Assembly: GCF_004010195.1 (NCBI RefSeq)
Contig: NC_057718.1
Location: 72,482,165-72,528,164 of the forward strand
Reading direction: 5' to 3'
Source: Chiloscyllium plagiosum
Lineage: Eukaryota
DNA length: 46,000 bases
Below are positions 35,790 through 46,000 of this stretch, piece by piece. The stretch's first letter is position 1, and each line of letters opens with the position of its first letter. The notes under the pieces are model-generated. The model made no database searches and had not been told where the DNA came from. It saw only the letters and a program-made list of their open reading frames with translations. Both the position numbers and the translations under genes were made by a program.

Positions 35790-36360
35790 TGGATGTAAGT
35801 TTGCTCGCTGAGCTGGAGGGTTTGTTTTCAGACATTTTGTCACCATAACTAGGTCACATCATCAGTGAAAACCTCCAGTGAAGCACTGGTGGTATGTCCT
35901 GCCTCTCTATTTATAAGTCTTGGTTTTTTAAGGTGAGTAATGTTATTTCCTTTTTTTTTTTACAAGGGAAGGTAGATGGGGTCTAAATCAATGTGTTTAT
36001 TGACGGATTTCCAGATAAAGAACACCACACACACCCTAGGACAAGCGAAACAAAGACACACACACACACGAGAATTCCTAGAGGCTTGGCATTCTAACCA
36101 GAACGCCATCAAAAAATGCATCGATTTAGACCCCATTTACCTTCCCTTGAGAAATAAAACCGGAAATGACATCACTCACCTTAAGAAACCAAGACCTATA
36201 AATAGAGAGGTGGGACATAATACCAGCGCTTCACCAGAGGCACTCACAGATGATGTTACCTAGTCATGGTGACGAAATGTCTGAAAACAAACCTTTTAGC
36301 TCACCAAGCAAACTTACATCCATATCCTCAACCTGAGCTACAAATCTTCTCAAAAATCGC
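35790..36360. mobile_element. Penelope/Poseidon-type PLE 3' end with an inverted copy (family C)
   Basis: REFLEAWHSNQNAIKKCIDLDPIYLPLR (GIY-YIG C-terminus); about 35790-36010 is an inverted copy of about 36090-36322; both arms carry degenerate hammerheads. Confidence 0.8.
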
Positions 36361-37009
36361 TAGTTTAGTTTCTGTTCAAAAGAAGAACAGATAGATGGAA
36401 CTTTCAAAGGTTTGAGGGTAGAAAGTTACTGAGGTTTGCCTTGCTTATGATAATTATATCTGAGAAATCTTGTGCAGAGTGGAATGATCATCAAGGGACA
36501 CTAAAGTTTCAACTTGAAATGGTGAGGAAATGAATTTCCACTAGACAGCTGATGTGGTTGTGGCTCTCATCCTTTTATTTTTGACAGAAACATATTTCAT
36601 TTTGAAAGGATATTGTAGACATATTTTATTTCATTTTATTGATACAAAAGAACCTTTACTTCAGTTTAACTCAGGAGTTAATATTTCTAAACTAAAAATC
36701 TTTTGCCTCTGTGGTCTGTACCTTTATTTTCCCTGCCTATTCATATACCTTATCAGGAAGCCTCTTAAATGTTCCCTTTGTATCCATTTCCACCATCTCC
36801 TCTGGCAGCATATTCTAGGCACTTACTACCTTGTGTAAAAAAAAAACTTACCTCTCACATCTCCTTTAAACTTACCCTCTTTTACCTTAAACCTAAGTCT
36901 TGTAGTACTTGACATTTTTACCCTGGGAAAAAGACTCCAACTTTAATTTATCAGGTCACCCCTCATCCTTTCACTTTCAAGTGAAAAAGACTTGTCAGGC
37001 TTGTCAGGC

Positions 37010-37520
37010 TCCTACTACAGCTGTGCCTTCAACACAATAATTCCAACCAAACTAATCGTTGAGACCCAGATCTCCGCTCAGCTGTCCACCACAGGATCCT
37101 CAACTTCCTGACCGACATCAGTGAGAATTGGCAACAACAGCTCCTCTGTGATAATGCTCAACATTAGCATCCTGCAAGGCTGTGTACTCAGCCCCTTACT
37201 ACATACACTCGTGACTGCGTGGCCACATTCCGTCCTAACTCCATCCACAAGTTTGCTGTTGAAACTACTGTTGTAGGTCAGATCTCAGAATGCTTGGTGG
37301 TGTGACGTAAATATAACAATCTCTCCCTTAATGTCAGCAAAATGAAAGAGCTGGTCATTGATTTCATTAAGCATGGTGGGGGCACGTCCCTGTCTACATC
37401 AATGGTGTTGAGATGGAGGTGGATGACAGGAGTGAAGATCACCAACAATCTGTCCTGGTCTACCCACGTTGATGTGATGGTCAAAAAACCTCAACAACGC
37501 CTCTACATCCTCAGGAGGCT
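37010..37520 (+). mobile_element. Rex1/Babar-type LINE RT fragment
   Basis: AFNTIIPTKLI, QGCVLSPLL, NNLSLNVSKMKELVIDF and KKPQQRLYILRRL. Confidence 0.75.
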
Positions 37521-37887
37521 ACTAACAATGATCAATATGCCTTTCTACCTTTGAAGATCCGCATACATGTACCCTCAGGTCCTTCTGTTGCTGCAGCTCT
37601 TTAGAATTGTGCTGTATACTGAAGTTTGGTTACTTCAGACTTGCTTTTTACATATTCACGTGTGGATGAAATGCCAAATTTTATGGGTAGAGGGTCACAA
37701 TGTTTTGAAGCCGTGCAGGCGTTCCAGGCTCCAACACCCACCATAGTTGAAAGGTAACCAGAAAGCACTTCACCCTCTGTAACCCAAGAAATCATTCAAC
37801 TTCTGCTTATCGCCCTTACCCATCCCTAGAGAAGTCAGAGATCAGACAAAAAGCAGCACCATGCTTTAGCAGGATCTCCCTACAGGC

Positions 37888-38080
37888 TAAATAAAAACCA
37901 AAAGAACTGCGAGTGCTGTAAATCAGAAACAATATAATAAAATTGTTGGGAAAGCTCAGCAGGTCTGGCTGCATCTATGGAGATTGATCCTTCCTCAGAA
38001 CTTCAGAAACATTAACTCAGATTTCTCTCCCCAGATGTTCCCAGACTTGCTCAGCTTTTCCAGCATTTTCTGTTTTTATC
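37888..38080. mobile_element. Fold-back PLE terminal-repeat fragment (family D); related pieces at 6627-6713, 6838-6890 and 42462-42563
   Basis: aaagctcagcaggtctggc pairs with ccagacttgctcagctttt. Confidence 0.65.
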
Positions 38081-38248
38081 TCCCAAAAGGCTGTCCAGAT
38101 AGAGGTGGGTATGGAGGCCAGCACCACGGCGGCTCAAGAGAACATGACTTCACCGCTGAAAGGGAATTAATGATCAACTGCACTCTACCAGGGTGCAGAC
38201 CACTACTTCAATGCTTCTTGTTCTTATAATTGAGAGTTAATACTGAAA

Positions 38249-38420
38249 CTGAAAATGTGTTGCTGGAACAGCGCAGCAGGTCAGGCAGCATCCAGGGAAC
38301 AGGAGAATCGACGTTTCGGGCATAAGCCTGTTCCCTGGATGCTGCCTGACCTGCTGCGCTGTTCCAGCAACACATTTTCAGCTCTGATCTCCAGCATCTG
38401 CAGACCTCACTTTCTCCTCC
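38249..38420. mobile_element. 172-bp fold-back PLE mini-insertion (family A)
   Basis: Perfect 55-bp inverted repeat 38249-38303 / 38327-38381; TSD AGTTAA(T/C)ACTGAAA at 38235-38248 and 38421-38434. Confidence 0.88.
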
Positions 38421-38758
38421 AGTTAACACTGAAAGCCTGTCACTGCAGAGAGTTGTCAACCAGAAGGTTGATGCCATCAGGTGCCTCATATGTAATTATT
38501 ATCTGTCACTTAATTGCAGCGACCAATGTAGCACTCCTGGCACCATCATGCTACTACCTCTCACAGAGCTGCCATAGTTCAAACAAATCACCATCAGTGG
38601 GGACATGACCTAATATGGTATTGCTATGCAGGGTTTCATGATATTCATTAATTAATTTATGTTTTACCAAGTTGACAATGTTATCTAAACATCTCAGAGA
38701 TAACCACTCTATCTTCGGTGCATGATGCTTTAATACACATTTGAATAGCGTTACTAAC

Positions 38759-38911
38759 CTTGTATGTCTGGTAGATACTTCTGGTATTGATCCACTTCAC
38801 TGCTAAAAATAGCAAAGGCCAACCTCTTTAGGAGCATTGCTCGCTGTTCCAATTCCGCCTCACGACTTGCAAACAAATTGAGTGAACTGCTTTGTGCCAC
38901 GGCAACTCGAG
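38759..38911 (-). CDS. DOP1A: DOP1A (DOPEY1) internal coding exon, the most 5' exon found in the window
   Basis: Acceptor ttttcacctcccacAG, donor GTtagt; 153 nt, phase 1/1; encodes [50 protein letters not shown], matching the recalled vertebrate DOP1A C-terminal region. Confidence 0.93.
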
Positions 38912-39759
38912 CTGTGGGAGGTGAAAATCACTACCTGGTTAGGGAAATGTCTCAAATACATTATAAGTCTTTACACTAACTTTTACACACTTACTTAAAT
39001 CGCATTCCTTTGTGCATTCAAGGCAAAGGGAGTGAATGCAGAAGGTGGTTGGCAGGGACCCAAACAATCAGAATGCTTTGTCTTGGATGGTGTCAAGCTT
39101 CTTGAGTGTTATTGGAGTTGAACCCAACCAGGGGAGGGCAATACATGGAAGAAACCCATGCAGACATGGGGAGAATGGTGACTGTCTGTGTGGTGTTTGC
39201 ACAACAGCTGGAATCAAAGTTGGGTCCATGGCACTGTGAGGCCAACCACCGATCCAGTGTGCCACCCAGGATTGTTTATTCAGAAGGGAACCATTGGAGT
39301 GACCATTTGGGAGTCTTTGATGGTTTAATTTTACTGTGTTGCAACTGACTGGGCTCAGCTATCTGACTCGGTGTCATAAAAATCTGAGCAAAAGGTAGTG
39401 GAAATCCACAGGGACATTGACAGGTTGGTGGATTGGATAGTTGGAGCAGCACTGAAGCAGCAGTGCTAACCACTGTGCTGCCCAAAACATATAGCATTTG
39501 GCTGAACTAATCTGTACCACTGTTTATGCATCACAAGTCGCCTTCCATTCCTCTTTAATGTAACTTTCCCCAAAAAGCAACAATGCTATTTGCCTCAATC
39601 ATTCCCTGAGGTGGGGAGTTCTAAATTGCTCTTGCTTTACTCTGGGTAAAGATGATTCTGCTGAATTCCCTAGTGGATTTATCAGTGATCACTGCAAGGT
39701 TTGTTGCTCAGATAGAGGTTTAGGGTGTAGTTTTGCTCTCTGAGCTGTAGGTTTGATAT

Positions 39760-39799
39760 CCAGACGTTTCATTACCTGGCTAGGTAACATCATCAGTGG
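39760..39799 (-). ncRNA. Minimal type-I hammerhead ribozyme, intact core (family C PLE repeat, about 39695-39900)
   Basis: CCA-CUGAUGA-U-GUUACCU-agcc-AGGUAAU-GAAA-CG-UC^UGG; stem I CCA/UGG; GUC triplet. Confidence 0.82.
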
Positions 39800-41457
39800 T
39801 GACCTCCAAGTGAAGCGAAGCTGTTGTCTCCTGGTTTGTCCTGGATGAGGACACAAACCCCAGGCACCCCACCCAGGACAAACATATAAATAGAAAGCAC
39901 TTTAGTCTGTTTTATTTTAGAGAAAAGAATCACATCTTTCAATCTTTCCAGCACTGTCTTCAGTGCCCATATATTCTTTTAGTAGTATTGAGACTAAGCG
40001 AGAGATTTGAAAATCATGACCGTGATAATTGGAGGCACAGTTTGGCACCAAGCCACACACTGGTTTTCTGCTACAACTCCTAATACTGAATAATTTCGAA
40101 GATGGTTGACTTGGGGTCAGATAGACTGCTACTGGCAAGTGGCAGGCAGCCAATTGAAAGCAATTAATTAAGTGCTTATTAAAGTCCTAGCTGCACAATA
40201 ACTAGGATTTCCAATCAGCAATGTGGGCTGCTCACGTGGTCTTGAACGCATTGGGGTCAATTTTACAGGGATTAACAGAGCCCAGCCCTTTTTGCACAAA
40301 AAGGAAGCTTCACATATCGGAGAGCAGATTCTGCCCAGGTGTCATTCAGAAATAGATAGAAATGCATTTTTTGTAGCTTGAAATTGTTAGGGGAAGGCAA
40401 GCCACATCCCCTTTTCAAGGTAATCAGTTTCTGCATTTTGAAATTTAGAGGACCTGACTGCAATATTGAAAACATCTGTTGTCAAAGCATAGAAGGTAAA
40501 CGTGATGTTAAGGTGCTGGGAGGGTGGGCTACCAGATTGGCAGGAGGTTAGGGTGTCATGTAAGTAGGGTTCCAGTTACGATGTATGTACAGTATCAGGT
40601 TGTATAAAGTTCCATGGGAAGCAAGAAAGCCTTTAATGTAGCCTGGGTGAGCAGGAGAAATTAGGTCTGGTGTGGGGTTGGGTTTAGTACAGTCTGGTGA
40701 GAGATCAACTGACAAGACAGAGTTTAGGGGTCTACTCAGTGGTGGGTTGGGTCAGAAGTTGTGGTCTCAGGTCCTGTGGTTGAGGTGTCAGGTCAGGGAT
40801 AGTGTAGGTGGGATATATGAGATAAGTATGGGTCAGTTTAACTGTTACTCACGAGTTAGAATATGCAATTAATAGTTGAACATTTCCTGAGTAACTATTT
40901 TACGTAATTTCATCAGAACCATTGAAGTCTCCGATTTTGAAACTTTTGCAGGGTTTCAGGCATAAAGAATTTGTCTGGAGGAACATTCAATTTTTCAGCA
41001 ATTGCTTTGGAGTCTGCTAACATGAGGATTCCACAGGGCCCTCATCTGCAACTCCTATTATGTTGGAATAGTGACTGTCCAGAATCAGAGAATCTGTTGC
41101 TCTGATAGATCAATTGAGAGAATCGACTTACACCCTGACCCATGCTAGCCACTGCAGCAGTCTGTTGGAGGACTTTTCTGACCAGGAACATGGCTATGCA
41201 GCTGTGATATTGGAAAAAGTAAAATTACCTTAATTGCCAGTCTCCTCTCTATTTACATCGTCATGTTAGCTCCCAATCTCAAAGTGTTTAGATGGTTCCC
41301 ATTGGCCCTTCATAATTGGGAACCTGCATATCATTCAGCAGCAAGTCCACTACAGCCTTTAGGGCCCTAGAGTAATTAATAATATTTGATTTTTAAGGGT
41401 TTAATTTAAAGGACAGTGAAATTTAAAGGGCTGTGGTGCACTCTCCCTGCTCTACTC

Positions 41458-42665
41458 TTAGAATCATACAGCATGGCCCAATTCATCCATGACCACGTTT
41501 CCTAAACTGAAATAGTCCCATTTGCCTGCATTTTGCTGATATCCCTCTAATCCTTTCCGAACTATATACCTGTCCAAATGTTTTTTAAATATTGTATTTG
41601 TAACTGCCTCTACCACTTCCTCTGGTCACTCATTTCATTTATGCACTACCCTCTCTGTGAAAATGTTGCCCTTCAGGTCCCTTTTAAATCTTTCCCCTCT
41701 CATCTTAAACCTATGCCCTCTATATTTGGACACCCCTTCCCTGGGAAAACACCTTGGCTAGTCCCTACCTTATCTATGCCCGCCATGATTTTATAAACCT
41801 CTATAAGGTCCCCCCTCAGCCTCCTATGCTCCAGGGAAAAAGTCTCAGGCTATTCAGCTTCTCCTTGTATCTTAAACATTCCAGTCTTGATAACATCCTT
41901 GTAAATCTTTTTTGCACCCTTTCCAATTTAATAACATCCTTCCTATAAGGTGGTGATCAGAACTGTACACAGTATTCCAAATGTGGTCTTATCAATGTCT
42001 TGTAAAGCTGTAACTTGATGTCCCAACTCCTGTACTCAGTGCTCTGACCGATGAAGGCAAGCATGCCAAATGACATCTTCACTACCCTGTCTACCTGTGA
42101 CACCACTTTCAAGGAACTATGTACCCACACCACTCTGTTTGACAACATTCCCCAGGACCCTACCATTAACTGTAATGTCTGTCTTACTAAAATGCAACAC
42201 CGTGTGTTTAGCTCAATTAAACTCAGTTTTTCCATTCCTTGACTCATTGACTCTGTTGATCACGATCCTGTTGTACTCTTACATAACCTTCTTTAATGTC
42301 CACTGTCCATCAATTTTGGTGTCAATTGCAAACTTACTAACTATGCCACCTATATTCTCGATATAAACGATGAACAAGCCTGGCAGGTATTGGGCCTCCA
42401 GTCTAAACAACAACCTTTACCATCACCTTCTGTCTCCTAACGTCAAGCCAATTGTATGTCCAAAACAAAAACAGAAATTGCTGGGAAATCTCAGCAGGTC
42501 TGGCAGCATCTGTGGAGGCAAATCAGAGTTAACATTTTGGGTCCAGTGACCCTTCTTCGGAACTTTGTATCTAATTGGTGAGCCCTCCTGGATCCTATGT
42601 AATCTAACTTTAATAATTTGTCTACCTCGTCAAAGGCCTTGCTAAATTCTATGTCTATCGCTCTG
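41458..42665 (-). mobile_element. CR1 3' fragment with a PLE repeat inserted at about 42462-42563
   Basis: LIRPHLEYCVQF and EFSKAFDEV; 3' tail region at 41458. Confidence 0.85.
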
Positions 42666-42699
42666 ACTGGGCATAGTTTTAGTGCTGAGAACCAGAACT

Positions 42700-43550
42700 T
42701 GTGCAGGATATGGCTCAAGATGCAGCTCCTGAAAACTTAGATTTCAGAGCTGGAATAGCAGCTGAGGGTGCTTTGAAGTGTATGGCTGAGAGTACTATGC
42801 ATAGCATGTACAGTAGGATAGCTACTCCACAGGCTAAGACTCCACAGGCAGGGCAGGAATGGATGATCACCAGGAATAAAAAGGTGATTAGGCAGGCAGT
42901 TCAGGCATCCCTGTGGCCATTCCTCTACAAAAGTGATAAGCTGCTCTGGATACTGTTCCAGGCAATCTCGTCTCAGAGGAATATAGCAACAACCAAATCT
43001 GTTGAATTATAATTGGCTCTCTGCACAAGAGAGGAGGACTAAATGTAGGAAGACTGTTGTAGTCGGAGAATCAGTAGTAAGGGGAATAGACAGATGTTTC
43101 GCTGGCTGCATATGAGACTCCCCAGGATGGTATGTTGCCTCCTGGGTGCCAGAGTCAAGAAAATCTCAAAGCAGCTACAGGACATTCTGAAGTGGGAAGG
43201 TGAAGAGCCAGTGATCATGTTATACATCAGAACCATTGACATAAGAATGAAAAGGTAAGAGGTCCTAAAAGCAAACTAAAGGGAGTTAGGAAACAAATAA
43301 AAAATAGGATCACAAATCTGACAACTGCTGCCAATCATATAGTAGTTAGAGGAGAAATAGCAGGATTATTTTGCTGGGGAAATGGTACAAGGGAGAGGGT
43401 TTTAAATCCCAGATGCATTGAGACCAGGTCTGAGGGAAGTGAGACTGGTACAAGCTGGATTGCACCTGAGTGGGACCAGAACTGATTTTGTAGGGGGTGT
43501 ATTTGCCAGTGTGGTCAGGAAGGGTTTAAACTAAAATTAAAGAGGGATGG
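42700..43550 (+). mobile_element. Decayed CR1 ORF1 (esterase) fragment
   Basis: tgttgcctcctgggtgccagagtc (CC.PGARV-like) and ggtttaaacta, homologous to ORF 40..825. Confidence 0.7.
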
Positions 43551-45409
43551 GAACATAGACAAGTTCATTTTATGTGAAGTTTGAAAATAGTAATGGGCGC
43601 ATTTAAAGCCAACTATGTGAGGATTAGACACAGAAATAGCCCCAAATTCTGGTTTATGACTGATTAAAATTCCAGTCCAAGAATTCTGCACAGTATTCCA
43701 TGTATGATCTAAACCAATGTTAACATAAATTCTGGCATCTGAAGAACCTTAATTGACACCAACTATTAATTTTCTTTTTCTCTTCAGTTGCAACCAGACC
43801 TGCACAGCTTTTGTCAACACTCTGTTTCTATTTATTTTAACTTCTCCAATTTTCAATTCTATCCATCCAAAAATGAAGAAAAATAATCTTGCAGGATTAT
43901 AGTGATAGGGTGGGGAAAGAATTAACTGGTTTGTTCCACAGAAACCTTGAATGAACTTGATGGGTCAAATGGTCTCCATTTATGCTACAAAGAGTTTATG
44001 AATCTATGGTCTCACACTTGTCAATATTGTAGTTAACGAACAGGGTTTTCCAAAATACTGCTATCCACAAATTCTGAAATTGGATTTCCAATTCTTGTAC
44101 CCAAATCTTTGTAAATCATGAATTACAGTTACCCCAGTACAATCCTTGTTCAAGCTTAATTTCAACTTTGTCCTTTGTTTTTTATCAATAGCCAGTTTGT
44201 TTTGTTTGTTTATCGAATATATTTCTCCAAACTCTACTTATCACCGTTCCAAATGTTTTCCACTTGTTTTCTGTCTCATTGTTTTCATTGTCGCACAATA
44301 TTATTTTCCAGGTAAATTTTCCCAAATTCTATTTTCATCCCCATAAGATCATTTCCCTTTCCAATCTATTAATCTTGGATTTTCAAAAATTTTTAAAGAT
44401 CTTATTATGCTGATTAGATACTTCATAAACCTTATTTCTCTCAGCTTCACTAACAATACAGGGTTCAGCAGTGGTACTTCCCCAATTGGACTTTTCATAC
44501 ATTGATTATTAAAGGTGTCCTGAACAGACTGTAAAATCTGTATTCCTTTTTCCTCTTTCCCTTAACTGATTCTTGCTGATATACTTTGAGTAGTTGAAAT
44601 ATTTCTTGATTATTATTTTAGTTCCTTCACTTATTTCATACTTAATGCATGTGTAAATATTTCTAATTCCACATCCTTTTCACTATCAGGTGAATCTCTT
44701 TAGAGTGCCAATCAAATCTTAAAATAATTTATTTAATTTACTGCCATTATATCATCTCTAATTAGTGCAACAACTCAACAGCCTTTCTTTATACACTGCC
44801 ATTTTCTTGCAAGGAACAAGAAAAATTTGACGTTTGAAGTATTTTTGTTAAAAAACAATGTATCAACTCAGAAAAATCAGGAAATTTATTATTCAAAATT
44901 GATTATGAAACAATTTTAAATGGTCACTTTAGAACATAGAACATAGAAAAGTACAGCACAGAGCAGGCCCTTTGGCCCACAATGTTGTACGGAGAATGAA
45001 TCCTAATGTAAAATAACTTGACCCATGCACCCCTTTTCTTACCATAAGTAATCGCTGTCAGTTTACAGCAGTAACATTTATCATTTGATCGTTGTATACA
45101 GGTACATGATTGATAAAAGTGTCTATCAACTTTGGGAAAGATAAATCCCGTTGAAGTCTTTTCTGTTAACACTGCTGGTGAGTCAGCTTCAGCAAAGCAA
45201 GTGTTTGATCCAAAACCTCAGGCAAAATGCTTGCAGCAAAATTGGAGAAAATGAGGCAGTGTAACTGTAAATAGACAGAGCCAGTAAGAAAAGCACAGCC
45301 AAAGAGAAAAATAGAATGGAGACAACTCCTTCCCCTCACCTTAAAAATGTGCCCTCTAGTCTTGAAATTACTCATCTTAGGGAAAAGACAACTATCAACT
45401 CTATCTATG

Positions 45410-45760
45410 CCTGTGGTTCGTTTTGGCAGTGGAGGAGGCCAAGGATGGTCATATCAGAAAGGGAGTGGGAAGGGGAATTAAAATGGCCAGGATGGGGGGG
45501 GGGGAAGGAAAGAGACTGAGAGGTCCTGTCGGCCTCTGTGGACCTGGCTGCAATGCTCGATGAACCATTCCCTAAGGTTATGTAGAGAAGACCACATCGG
45601 GAGCACCTGATGCAGTAAACCAGGTTAGAAGAGAAAGTGAGGACTGCAGATGCTGGAGATCAGAGCTTAAAAATGTGTTGCTGGAAAAGCGCAGCAGGTC
45701 AGGCAGCATCCAAGGAGAAGGAGAATCGACGTTTCAGGCATAAGCCCTTCTTCAGGAGGG
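45410..45760 (-). mobile_element. PLE GIY-YIG fragment plus terminal repeat with an intact hammerhead core at 45728-45755
   Basis: Minus strand CUGAAGA-A-GGGC-uuau-GCCU-GAAA-CGUC; 45410-45630 resembles the GIY-YIG region at 18100-18250. Confidence 0.75.
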
Positions 45761-45770
45761 CTTCCTGAAT

Positions 45771-46000
45771 ATAGAACATAGAAGAATACAGCGCAGTACA
45801 GGCCCTTTGGCCCTCGATGTTGCGCCGATCCAAGCCCACCTAACCTATACTAACCCACTATCCTCCATATACCTATCCAATGCCCGCTTAAATGCCCATA
45901 AAGAGGGAGAGTCCACCACTGCTACTGGCAGGGCATTCCATGAACTTACGACTCGCTGAGTGAAGAACCTACCCCTAATTCAGTCCTATATCTACCCACC
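45771..46000 (-). mobile_element. CR1 3' end continuing past the window
   Basis: atagaacatagaa tail and CR1 3' UTR similar to 29860-30000. Confidence 0.8.

Noticed and set aside
14072..38608. Recurrent small ORFs beginning MCCWKSAAGQAAS
   Set aside because: Antisense translations of the PLE terminal repeat with variable C-termini, not a peptide family
43560..44925. AT-rich stretch with hydrophobic ORF 44146..44346
   Set aside because: T-rich composition explains the ORF; possibly very old repeat debris, but unassignable
1..46000. Prokaryotic systems (operons, CRISPR arrays, defence islands)
   Set aside because: The sequence is eukaryotic with spliced exons and LINEs; the recurring repeats are dispersed, not regularly spaced
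38912..46000. Next upstream DOP1A exon (expected to encode something like WRAIMDNLMTHDKTTFRDLM)
   Set aside because: No matching sequence found by eye; probably beyond the window

Overview
Repeat-rich vertebrate DNA, probably from a cartilaginous fish such as a shark (inferred from the CR1, HE1-type SINE and Penelope repertoire). The only recognisable host gene is the 3' end of DOP1A (DOPEY1) on the minus strand. I reconstructed six phase-consistent GT-AG coding exons by hand: 38911-38759, 35218-35082, 32476-32421, 28630-28466, 20081-19952 and 9727-9422 (with the stop codon). The rest is nested retroelement debris: many CR1 LINE fragments (one intact esterase ORF1), a decayed Tx1-like LINE, a Rex1/Babar fragment, tRNA-derived SINEs and Penelope-like element (PLE) pieces. 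The most striking signal outside the gene is a dense set of minimal type-I hammerhead ribozyme motifs (CUGANGA-stem II-GAAA-palindromic stem III-NUH) from about four sequence families. Several lie in tiny non-coding, often fold-back insertions bounded by 9-17 bp target-site duplications. Inverted duplications also recur next to PLE ends, some of them copying host DNA. Repeat boundaries are approximate and family names come from motif recognition, not database searches.
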